The notes under the pieces: model-generated
The model's database searches: none
Told to the model about the DNA's origin: nothing
What the model saw: only the letters and a program-made list of their open reading frames with translations
Translations under genes and position numbers: made by a program
Assembly: GCA_903869665.1 (NCBI GenBank)
Contig: CAIPZZ010000030.1
Location: forward strand, 12,857-76,856
Direction of reading: 5' to 3'
From: an uncultured Opitutia bacterium
Lineage (GTDB): Bacteria > Verrucomicrobiota > Verrucomicrobiia > Opitutales > Opitutaceae
Length of the DNA: 64,000 bases
Shown: piece after piece, positions 36,046-43,683 of the stretch
How positions within the stretch are numbered: the stretch's first letter is position 1
Layout of the letters: each line of letters begins with the position of its first letter

Positions 36046-36419
36046 AACCGCTCGTGTGGGAAAAGATCGAGCCCGGCCGCTTCCGCGCGACGGCGGAGCT
36101 GACGCCCGGCCGGCGCGTGCGCGGCGCGGTGCGGCTGGGCGGCTCGGCGCTGCCCTTCGGCCCCGTGACCGCGCCCGGCCTCGCCGAGTGGGCCTACGAC
36201 CCCGCGCGCCCGCAGGAACTGAAGGAGCTCTCGCAGCGCAGCGGCGGCCGCGAGCGTATCGAGCTGGCAAGTGTGTGGGACGCGCCCCGCCCCGTGACCG
36301 CGCGCGGCATCCGCGGCTGGCTGCTGACGATCTTCGTTGCGCTCCTCCTCGCCGACGCGCTGCTCACCCGGCTGGGGGTGGCGCTCATTCCCAAACGCCG
36401 CAGTGCGGCAGACGTTTGA
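35688..36419 (+). pseudogene. 3-prime remnant of a Bat-like (VWA/GATase-like) membrane protein
   Basis: Frame of ORF 35715..36419 reads YLKDKATASLLTTDEYNAPLVAAWARGAGRAAAVSFP...WPGYGDFVQTLTRWL and ends in a TM helix. This matches only the C-terminal part of large aerotolerance-operon proteins, and there is no N-terminus. Confidence 0.5.
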
Positions 36420-36420
36420 T

Positions 36421-36645
36421 TCAGTGAATGCCTCCGAAACTTGTCCAAATCAGTTCCGCGACAAAAACCAGCATGAGCAGTTTGAAGATGAGGTTCACTC
36501 TTTTGTCCTGGGGCGAACCTTGTGCTCGCCTCGCATGGATGTAACCGAGAACGCCAATTAAAATCAAAAGGCAGCTGATGCTCAGCGACGCAAAACCAAT
36601 CCACGGGAAATGCCGCCCAAATATTGGCACCGCGCCCAAAAGCAC
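36421..36645 (-). CDS. hypothetical small membrane protein
   Basis: 74-aa ORF (GTG start) with two hydrophobic helices; lower-GC spacer; weak support. Confidence 0.33.
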   Translation of the reverse strand: MLLGAVPIFGRHFPWIGFASLSISCLLILIGVLGYIHARRAQGSPQDKRVNLIFKLLMLVFVAELIWTSFGGIH

Positions 36646-36758
36646 GGCGAAGCCGGCTAGGACAGTCCTTTGGAAAACTTAATGCCTCTCCATTTGCATG
36701 TGCATATTGTAGATGCCGAAAGACGCCCAAGCAAGGCTTGAAGTTGGATGAGACACTA

Positions 36759-37196
36759 TCAAAATTTCCCCGCCGGCCACCAGACGTAGAGGAAGAAATA
36801 CACCAGCACGCCGGTCACGCTGACGTAATACCAGATCGGAAACGTCCATCTCGCCCACGCCTTGTGGCGGGCGTAGTCACCCTTGATGGCGAGGAGAAAC
36901 GTGCGTGGCACGAGGAAGGCGATCAGCGCGGCGAGCGGGATGTGCGTCCAGAGTATCACGAGATAAACCGTGCGGATCGCGCCCGTGCCGCCGAACTCCG
37001 TGTGGAAGCCGTGCGTCATGCCATGGTAGGTGAGATAGCCGACCAGAAACAGCGCCGACACCACGGCGGCGGTGAGCATCACGGCGCGGTGCGCCTCCTT
37101 GCGGCCGGCCTTGATAAGGATGAAGCCGGCGGTGATGAGCACGGTGGCGAGGCCGTTGAGCGTGGCGTTGAGCGGCGGGATGTCGGAGACGGTCAT
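36759..37196 (-). CDS. DUF420 membrane protein (cytochrome oxidase-associated)
   Basis: 145-aa ORF, four TM helices; PPLNATLNGLATVLI and KGDYARHKAWARWTFPIWYYVSVTGV typical of DUF420. Confidence 0.82.
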   Translation of the reverse strand: MTVSDIPPLNATLNGLATVLITAGFILIKAGRKEAHRAVMLTAAVVSALFLVGYLTYHGMTHGFHTEFGGTGAIRTVYLVILWTHIPLAALIAFLVPRTFLLAIKGDYARHKAWARWTFPIWYYVSVTGVLVYFFLYVWWPAGKF

Positions 37197-37225
37197 GGAG
37201 GAGATTTCGGGCGCGGAATTTTCAA

Positions 37226-37320
37226 CCGCGAATGGACGCGAATAAACGCGAATGGTTCGGAGCTGGCGATGGCTTGCGTCGCTGGGTTTTTAATTCGCGT
37301 CCATTGGCGTCCATTCGCGG
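37226..37320. repeat. stuttered hairpin (CGCGAAT family)
   Basis: CCGCGAATGGACGCGAATAAACGCGAATGG (37226-37255) mirrored by AATTCGCGTCCATTGGCGTCCATTCGCGG (37292-37320). Confidence 0.85.
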
Positions 37321-38286
37321 TTAGGAAAAAATCAGCCGGTCGGCGACGAGGGCTCCGAGCTGGAGCGGGAGCCAGAGAATGGAGGCGAGGAAAAGTTTCC
37401 GTGCGGAGGCGTCGCGGCCGTCGGCGCGCAGGAACGCCACCGCCCGCGCCACGAACCATGCGCCGAACAGGAGCGTCGCGCCGAGATAAAACCCGCTTGT
37501 TTCGCGCCGGCCCGTCTCCGCCGCGCGGAGAAAAAACGGCAGCGCGCTCACGGCGACGAGCGCGAGCGTGTTGAACAGCGCCCAGCGCGCGACGCGCCCG
37601 CCCTCGGTGTCACGCACGGGGAGGAAGGGAAAATTGACACGCGCATAGTCGTGACGGTGCGTCCACGCCACGGCCATGAAGTGCGGGATCTGCCAGAAAA
37701 AGAGGATGCCGAACAGCGTCCAGCCGAGCGGGCCGACGGAGTTCTCCGCGGCGGCCCAGCCGATGAGCGGCGGAAACGCGCCCGCCACCGCACCCAGCTC
37801 GACGCTCCAGCGCGAGCGGCGCTTGGCCGGCGTGTAACAGGCGAGGTAGGAGACGATGGTGAGCAGCGCGAACAGCGCGGCCAGCCGCTCGGCCGGCAGA
37901 TGAAATTTTCCCGGCGTCACCACCAGCGGCCCGCCGAGCCGGAACAGCGCGGCCAGCCCGCCGACGCACAGCAGCCAGCCGAGCACGAAGGCGGAGCCAC
38001 CGGCGACCTTGCCCGAAGGAATCGGGCGGTCGGCGGTGCGTGCCATGCGCGCGTCAGTGTCGCTCTCCATCCATTGGTTGAGCGCGGCCACGCCGCCCGC
38101 GCACGCACCCGTGCCGAGCAGCAGCAGGCCGAAACGCCCCGCATCCCACGCCGGCCGGGCGGCGAACCAGCCGACGAGCGTGGTGGCCACGGAGAGCGCG
38201 CTCAGGCGCGGCTTGGTCAGCTCCAGGTAGTCGGCGAAGCGCGCGCTGGCGGCCGGGGTGGCGGGGATGGCGGTGGTGTCGCTCAT
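37321..38286 (-). CDS. ctaB: protoheme IX farnesyltransferase (heme O synthase)
   Basis: ATG 38286 (MSDTTAIPA) within ORF 37321..39057; UbiA-family motifs NQWMESDTDARMARTADRPIPSG and IPHFMAVAW. Confidence 0.92.
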   Translation of the reverse strand: MSDTTAIPATPAASARFADYLELTKPRLSALSVATTLVGWFAARPAWDAGRFGLLLLGTGACAGGVAALNQWMESDTDARMARTADRPIPSGKVAGGSAFVLGWLLCVGGLAALFRLGGPLVVTPGKFHLPAERLAALFALLTIVSYLACYTPAKRRSRWSVELGAVAGAFPPLIGWAAAENSVGPLGWTLFGILFFWQIPHFMAVAWTHRHDYARVNFPFLPVRDTEGGRVARWALFNTLALVAVSALPFFLRAAETGRRETSGFYLGATLLFGAWFVARAVAFLRADGRDASARKLFLASILWLPLQLGALVADRLIFS

Positions 38287-39335
38287 GTGGCGAGGGGTTG
38301 CACGCAAGCGGCGGGCCCGCCTGCACTGCGCTCCGGCGCGGCAAGCGCGGAAAGATTTTCGATGTCCGCGCGATGCGCCCACCACGTCAGTCCGAACGCC
38401 GTCGCCAGCGTGCAGGCACCGACGACGACATGCGCGGTCGTGAGGCCGGGCGGGCGCAACTGCCAGATGGCGAGGGCGCCGAGCGTGATTTGCGCGACGA
38501 CGAGCGCGACGAGCAGGCCGGCCGAGAAACGCATCCCGCGCCCGGCGGCAGGGTCGCGCCACACGGCGACGGCGAACGCCGGCAGCGCGAGCGCCAGCAG
38601 CCCGGCCATCACGCGGGTGTGCGCGAACTGGATCGCGACAGGAAAACTCCACGCCGGCGGCAACCAATCTCCCTGCGGCGTGGCGGCGGGAAACGTCAGG
38701 ATGGTGTGCCACGCGAAGCTGTGCCGCATCACGGCAGCGACGGCGAGCTGCATGAGCAGGAGCACGCAGCACACGACGCCGAGCCGGCGCACACCCCGGC
38801 CGACCGCGTTGGCTCCGGCCTCGACCCACGGCCGCGAAAGGCTCAACGCGATCGCGAGGAGCGTGCAGACGTAGATTTGCGCCAGGCAGGCGTGCAGCAT
38901 GGCGAAGAGCCGGCCCACGCTCGTGCTGATCATCTCGACCTGTTTCGGCTCCAGCAGCACGCGCAGCCCACCCACCACCGCCTGCACCAACACGAGCGCG
39001 GCGGCGAAGACGGCGAGCCGCCGCAGCCACGCGCGCACCTCTGCACGCCAGACCCACGCCGCGAGCGCGATAGTGATCGTGCTCATCAGCGCCGCGCTCA
39101 GGCGGTGCGAGTGCTCGGCAAACTTGTTGATATCAGCCAGCCATCCCGTCGGATTCAGCGAACCGTCGGAGAGCGGCCAGCCCTTGAACACCATGCCCGC
39201 GCCGATGCTCGTAGTGAACGCTCCCAGCAGCACCAGCACGAACACCCAGGCCCCGCCGATCGCGGCAAACCACGCCAGCGCCGGCCGGTGGACGGCGGGA
39301 CGGCGGCTGGAGGATGGTGTGGCGGACGGGCTCAT
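38283..39335 (-). CDS. ctaA: heme A synthase (COX15/CtaA)
   Basis: ATG 39335; polytopic protein with paired His-containing halves (EHSHRLSA, HACLAQ, QFAHTRVMA, TTAHVVVG); 4-nt overlap with ctaB. Confidence 0.84.
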   Translation of the reverse strand: MSPSATPSSSRRPAVHRPALAWFAAIGGAWVFVLVLLGAFTTSIGAGMVFKGWPLSDGSLNPTGWLADINKFAEHSHRLSAALMSTITIALAAWVWRAEVRAWLRRLAVFAAALVLVQAVVGGLRVLLEPKQVEMISTSVGRLFAMLHACLAQIYVCTLLAIALSLSRPWVEAGANAVGRGVRRLGVVCCVLLLMQLAVAAVMRHSFAWHTILTFPAATPQGDWLPPAWSFPVAIQFAHTRVMAGLLALALPAFAVAVWRDPAAGRGMRFSAGLLVALVVAQITLGALAIWQLRPPGLTTAHVVVGACTLATAFGLTWWAHRADIENLSALAAPERSAGGPAACVQPLAT

Positions 39336-39421
39336 CTGATGGTGGTAGCGCGGTGGAACGGCGGACACTACCGCCCGCAATCGCTTTGACAATTTTTTCT
39401 TTGGCGGCGAAAGGTGGCGGC

Positions 39422-40324
39422 GTGAAAGCCGCTCTTGCCCGCCCGTCCGTCCTTGCCGCCGTGCTCCTGCTCACGCTGGCCTTTTCCGGTTGCGACCGCG
39501 CCGCCGGCCCGGCCACGACCGCGGTGCCGGCGGAAAAAAGCTACCCGCTCACCGGCGAAATCGTGCAAGCGGACACCGTCCGCAAGACCCTGCTCGTCCG
39601 CCACGACGCCATCCCCGGCTTCATGGCGGCGATGACGATGGAGTTCCGCGTGTCCGCCGCCTACGCGGTCCCCGCGAAAGAGGGCCAGCGCATCCGCGCG
39701 GTGCTGTTCCCCGACGACCCGCAAGGCGCGCGGCTCGAAAAGATCTGGCCGGCCGATCCCATCGCCGAGTCGGCGCTCGCCGCCGCCGCTAACGCGTTGC
39801 GGCAGGACACCGCCGCCCGCGCCAGCCATGCCTACCGCGAGGTCGGCGAGAACTTGCCCGACTTCGCGCTTTACGACCAGGACGGCGCGACCGTCTCGGC
39901 GGCGCGCTGGCGCGGCCGGCAGGTCGTGCTGAACTTCATCTACACGCGCTGCCCCATCGCCACGATGTGCCCGGCGGCCACAGAAAACATGATGGCCGTG
40001 CAGCGCCTCGCGCGTGCGGCCGGCGTGACGAACCTCCAGCTCGTCTCCATCACGCTCGACCCCGAATACGACACGCCTACCGTGCTCAAGGACTACGCGA
40101 AAGCTCGTGGCATTGACACGGCTAACTTCGCCTTTCTGACGGGCCCGGAGCGTGCGATCCGCGACCTGTTCGCGCAGTTCGGCATTCTGGCCGAGATCAA
40201 GAGCGGCCTGCTCAACCACAACCTCGCCACACTGCTGATTGATCCCGACGGCAAAATCATCTGGCGCGTGGACGGCAGCCAGTGGAAGCCGGAGGAGTTC
40301 GTCACCAAGATGAGAAAAGGCTGA
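39422..40324 (+). CDS. SCO1/SenC-family copper chaperone fused to a CusF-like domain (lipoprotein)
   Basis: GTG 39422; lipobox LAFSGC; CusF-like LVRHDAIPGFMAAMTMEFRV; thioredoxin-fold SCO domain with FIYTRCPIATMCP and conserved His (LLNHNLATLLIDPDGKI). Confidence 0.84.
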   Translation: MKAALARPSVLAAVLLLTLAFSGCDRAAGPATTAVPAEKSYPLTGEIVQADTVRKTLLVRHDAIPGFMAAMTMEFRVSAAYAVPAKEGQRIRAVLFPDDPQGARLEKIWPADPIAESALAAAANALRQDTAARASHAYREVGENLPDFALYDQDGATVSAARWRGRQVVLNFIYTRCPIATMCPAATENMMAVQRLARAAGVTNLQLVSITLDPEYDTPTVLKDYAKARGIDTANFAFLTGPERAIRDLFAQFGILAEIKSGLLNHNLATLLIDPDGKIIWRVDGSQWKPEEFVTKMRKG

Positions 40325-40326
40325 TC

Positions 40327-41286
40327 ATGGCCGCCACGACGGACGTAAAACCTTGGCGGCACGCTGCGCTGATCACGCTCGGCGCCGCAGCTCTCTACCT
40401 CGCGTTGCGCGCCCTGCCGACGGGCACGAACCTGCACTCGGGCGACTTCCGCGTGGCCGGAGCGGGCGCGCTGGAGCTGTGCGACCCGGCCAACCCGCAG
40501 TTCGTTCCGGTCGTCGCCGCGCGCTCGCCGGTGACGATGACGGTCGCGCCACAACCCAAGGCAGGGGCCAATCATTTTCTCGTCCGTCTCGCCACCAGCA
40601 CGGGCAAGCCCATCGGCCCGGCGGAACTACTGGAGGTCCACACGCGCAAGCTGCACCTGCTCATCGTGGACGACACGCTCGGCGACTACCAGCACGTCCA
40701 CCCCGAGCCGACGCGGAACCCAGGCGAGTGGGCCTTTGCTTTCGCGCCGATGCGCACCGCTGCCTACCGGGTGTTCGCCGATTTCACGCCGGTTGTCACC
40801 GGCCGCAGCCTCTACGCGGGCGCGGACATCGCGGTGACCGCCGCGCGCAGGGGCGCGGCTCAGGCGGGCGAATCAACCCCGGCCTGGCCGGCAGAGACCT
40901 GGCGGACAGAACGCGACGGGTTTGTCTTTCAACTTACTCCTGCGGCGCGGCCCGTGCGTGCGGGGCAGCCGGAGGACCTGGTTTTCAACGTCGCGCGAAG
41001 CGACGGCGAGGCGACCACGCTGGAGCCGGTGATGGGCGCACTGGCGCACCTCGTGGCCTTTGATTCGGAACGCGGCGGCTTCGCACACCTGCATCCCAAC
41101 CCGACCAATGCCACCGGCGCGTCCGAGCCCAAACTCACGGCTCCCGCCGCCACGCCAAACGCAGCGGGCGAGAGCCTGGCGTTCAAGCTCACCATCCCGC
41201 GCGCGGGCCGCTATGTCATCTGGGCGCAGGTCAAGCTTGCGGGGCGCGAGGTGTTCGCGCCGTTCTGGTTCGAGGTCGCGCCCTGA
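40327..41286 (+). CDS. hypothetical membrane-anchored protein with duplicated HxHP domain
   Basis: ATG 40327, 2 nt after SCO stop; N-terminal TM helix; two similar ~120-aa segments, each with HL.(IV/VAF)D...H.HP (DYQHVHPEP, GFAHLHPNP). Confidence 0.6.
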   Translation: MAATTDVKPWRHAALITLGAAALYLALRALPTGTNLHSGDFRVAGAGALELCDPANPQFVPVVAARSPVTMTVAPQPKAGANHFLVRLATSTGKPIGPAELLEVHTRKLHLLIVDDTLGDYQHVHPEPTRNPGEWAFAFAPMRTAAYRVFADFTPVVTGRSLYAGADIAVTAARRGAAQAGESTPAWPAETWRTERDGFVFQLTPAARPVRAGQPEDLVFNVARSDGEATTLEPVMGALAHLVAFDSERGGFAHLHPNPTNATGASEPKLTAPAATPNAAGESLAFKLTIPRAGRYVIWAQVKLAGREVFAPFWFEVAP

Positions 41287-41296
41287 GCTCGCGAGA

Positions 41297-42139
41297 TCAG
41301 CGCCCTGCGGCGGAGGCGGCCTTATCCGAGACCTCCTGCCAGCCTAGTGCGCGGAGGCTGTCATTGGAGACAAATTCCGCTACCACCTTGCCGTCGGCCG
41401 AAAGCACTCGCACCCAGATGCCCTGCAGCTCACCCGTCTCGTAATCAAGGCTGCCGCCGTTGGCACTGGTCTGCATAGTGGAGTGCTTGAAATAGCTCAG
41501 CGGGGCGGTGCGGATGAGCGGGGAAGCCTTGAACGCGGCCAGATCGAGCGGAGCGGAGCCCTTGATCCGCATCGGGACGGGCGGACCGTTTTGTCGGACG
41601 AGTTGCTGAATCTCGGTGTAGCCGCCGGCGATGCCGTTACCTCGGCTCCCGTAGCCGTTGCCGCCGCGATAGCCGTTCTGGCCACCGGCCTGCACGGTGA
41701 TCGTCTCGAAGTTGTATTGCATGGCGAACACGTTGTATTCGACCCGCAGGCCGGCGGCGGGGCGGGGGGCCGCGTTGGTCACCTTGATGTCGTAGCCGGC
41801 GGCCATGTTCTGGTCCACGCTGGAGACATCGCGCGAGCGGTTGGAGCCGATCTTAGTATGAAATTGGCTGGACTCGATACGAAGGCTGAAAGCCTGGTGC
41901 TCCTTCCGCCATTGGGCGATGTAGGCGGCGTCGGCGTCGGAAAGCTTGGCGAGTTCGAGGGTGAAGATCAACCCGTCGTCGCGTCGAACCTTGGCTTGCG
42001 TGTCGGTGGCCTCGATAAGGGAGCCGGAAAACGCCCGACCGAACGTGTCGGTGAAGGTGTGAGCCTCGGGCGGCGCGGCGGCTAGGAGGCCGGCCAAAGG
42101 TAACGCGAGCAGGAACCGGAGCAGGGCAATGGGGCGCAT
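41297..42139 (-). CDS. secreted SHD1-domain protein (one module)
   Basis: Signal peptide; HTFTDTFGRAFSGSLIEATDTQAKVRRDDGLIFTLELAKLSDADAAYIAQW matches SHD1 pattern; paralogous to the neighbouring gene. Confidence 0.65.
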   Translation of the reverse strand: MRPIALLRFLLALPLAGLLAAAPPEAHTFTDTFGRAFSGSLIEATDTQAKVRRDDGLIFTLELAKLSDADAAYIAQWRKEHQAFSLRIESSQFHTKIGSNRSRDVSSVDQNMAAGYDIKVTNAAPRPAAGLRVEYNVFAMQYNFETITVQAGGQNGYRGGNGYGSRGNGIAGGYTEIQQLVRQNGPPVPMRIKGSAPLDLAAFKASPLIRTAPLSYFKHSTMQTSANGGSLDYETGELQGIWVRVLSADGKVVAEFVSNDSLRALGWQEVSDKAASAAGR

Positions 42140-43557
42140 GGGGAAGGGCGGATTACGCCCGAAAGCTGCGGATTTAACCTCGCCATGTCAATCTTGGTAA
42201 GGCGCTCAACCGCCGCCACGTGCCGAGGTGTCGCCCCGAAAACCGCGGCCGGCGGGCGCCACCTCCTGCCAGCCCTCAGCCCGGAGCTTCTCGCTGGAGA
42301 GAAACTCCCCCCCACGACCCGGCCGTCGAAGAGCACGCGCGCCCACACGCCGCGCAGCTCGGCGGTTTGCGAGGCAACACCGCGCGTGGCCACGTTTTTG
42401 GTGTAGGCGACCGGTTGAGTCCTGATGGCGGCGGTCTGCTTGAGGGCGAGCGGGTCGAGCATGGCGAAACCCTTGACTCGCCCAGAAGGTGCGCCGGGAC
42501 CGGTGCGGAGGACAAAGATGTTGTATTCGAGGCGCAGGCCGGCGGCGGGGGCGCGGGCGTTGTTGGTAACCTTAAGGTTGTAGCCGGCCGCCATGTTCTG
42601 GCTGACGGTGGACGGATTGGTGGAGCGGTTGCCGCCCACGGTCTCGTGAAACGTGTCCGCCTCGACGCGAAGATCGAATTTCAAGTGGTCGAGCCGCCAT
42701 CGGGCGACGTAGGCGTCGTCGTCGGCCGAGAGCTTGACGACCTCCAAGTCGTAGATCTGCCCGTCGTCGCGACGGATCTTGGCCCGCGCGTCGTCCGCCT
42801 CCAAAATCTCGCCGGCAAAACTGCGGCCGAACGGGTCGGTGAACGTGTGGAGCTCTGTCTTCATGGCTGCCTGCGCGGCGGGCCTTGGCGGCTGCCAGCC
42901 TTCGGCGCGAACCCGCTCGCTGCTCACCAGCTCGGCCACGACTTTGCCGTCTCGCAGCACGCGCACCCAGAGACCGGCCGTCTCGCCGGCGAAGGACTCG
43001 GTGATGACCGGGCCGCCAGGCGACAAAATCTGGCTGAACTGCACGGGCTTCGTGCGAAAGACAAAAGGCTGCTTAGCCGCGAGGGTGGCGGGCTGCTCGG
43101 CGCCAACCGTGCGGCTGAGGGAGGCGTCGCTGTTGAGCTGGAACACGGCGTATTCGACCCGGAGACCGTCGGCGGGGTCGGGGCCGTCATTGGTGAGAGT
43201 GACGGTGTAGCCGGCCGCGAGACGGCGAGAGGTCGCTCCGGTGTCGGGCTGCGCAACCATACCCAAGGTGTTGCGGAACGAGGACGTTTCCAAGCGGAGC
43301 TTGAACCGCACATGGTCGCGCCGCCACTGTGCGACATAGGCGGCGTCGGTGTCGGACAGTTTGGCGACATCGAGGGTGATGGCTTGGCCGTCGGCGCGGC
43401 GGATTTTTACCTGTGTGTCACCGGCCTCGACAATCTCGCCGGCCAGCTCGCGCCCATATTGGTCGGTGAACGTGCGCGCCGCCGCCGGGCCCGCCGCCGG
43501 GGCCATGGCGGGCATTAGTAGGAGCAGGAAAAAAGCGAGGGCGGCGCGGTTTCGCAC
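42082..43557 (-). CDS. secreted SHD1-domain protein (two modules; apparent frameshift near the 3-prime end)
   Basis: GTG 43557 gives a signal peptide; two SHD1 plus beta-sandwich modules. Adding one G to the G7 run (42307-42313) restores the paralogous C-terminus VVGGEFLSSEKLRAEGWQEV, with a stop at 42206. Confidence 0.62.
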   Translation of the reverse strand: MRNRAALAFFLLLLMPAMAPAAGPAAARTFTDQYGRELAGEIVEAGDTQVKIRRADGQAITLDVAKLSDTDAAYVAQWRRDHVRFKLRLETSSFRNTLGMVAQPDTGATSRRLAAGYTVTLTNDGPDPADGLRVEYAVFQLNSDASLSRTVGAEQPATLAAKQPFVFRTKPVQFSQILSPGGPVITESFAGETAGLWVRVLRDGKVVAELVSSERVRAEGWQPPRPAAQAAMKTELHTFTDPFGRSFAGEILEADDARAKIRRDDGQIYDLEVVKLSADDDAYVARWRLDHLKFDLRVEADTFHETVGGNRSTNPSTVSQNMAAGYNLKVTNNARAPAAGLRLEYNIFVLRTGPGAPSGRVKGFAMLDPLALKQTAAIRTQPVAYTKNVATRGVASQTAELRGVWARVLFDGRVVGGSFSPARSSGLRAGRRWRPPAAVFGATPRHVAAVERLTKIDMARLNPQLSGVIRPSPCAPLPCSGSCSRYLWPAS

Positions 43558-43683
43558 GGACGCAGCCAAACGCGGCGCCGCGCACGGCGCAAGCCCGCGC
43601 TGGGCAGCGACGGCCGGACCGGACGGGTGCGCCGCGAAACAGGCTCGACGGGCGACGGGCGGCGTGTTGGCTTGCCCGTTCGC

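Noticed and set aside
36624-37574. 316-aa plus-strand ORF spanning the DUF420 gene and the stuttered hairpin.
   Set aside because: It is antisense to a well-supported DUF420 membrane protein and reads through a non-coding palindromic repeat. The translation is Arg/Gly-rich.
37321-39057. 578-aa ORF implying a long N-terminal extension of ctaB. Similar extended ORFs are 44196..46277, 18816..20087, 7519..8505, 8824..10008, 28533..30440 and 30297..33218.
   Set aside because: The extensions are Arg/Pro-rich, overlap the neighbouring real gene (ctaA, tatC and so on), and homology starts at an internal ATG with sensible spacing or a 4-nt overlap. Internal starts were used instead.
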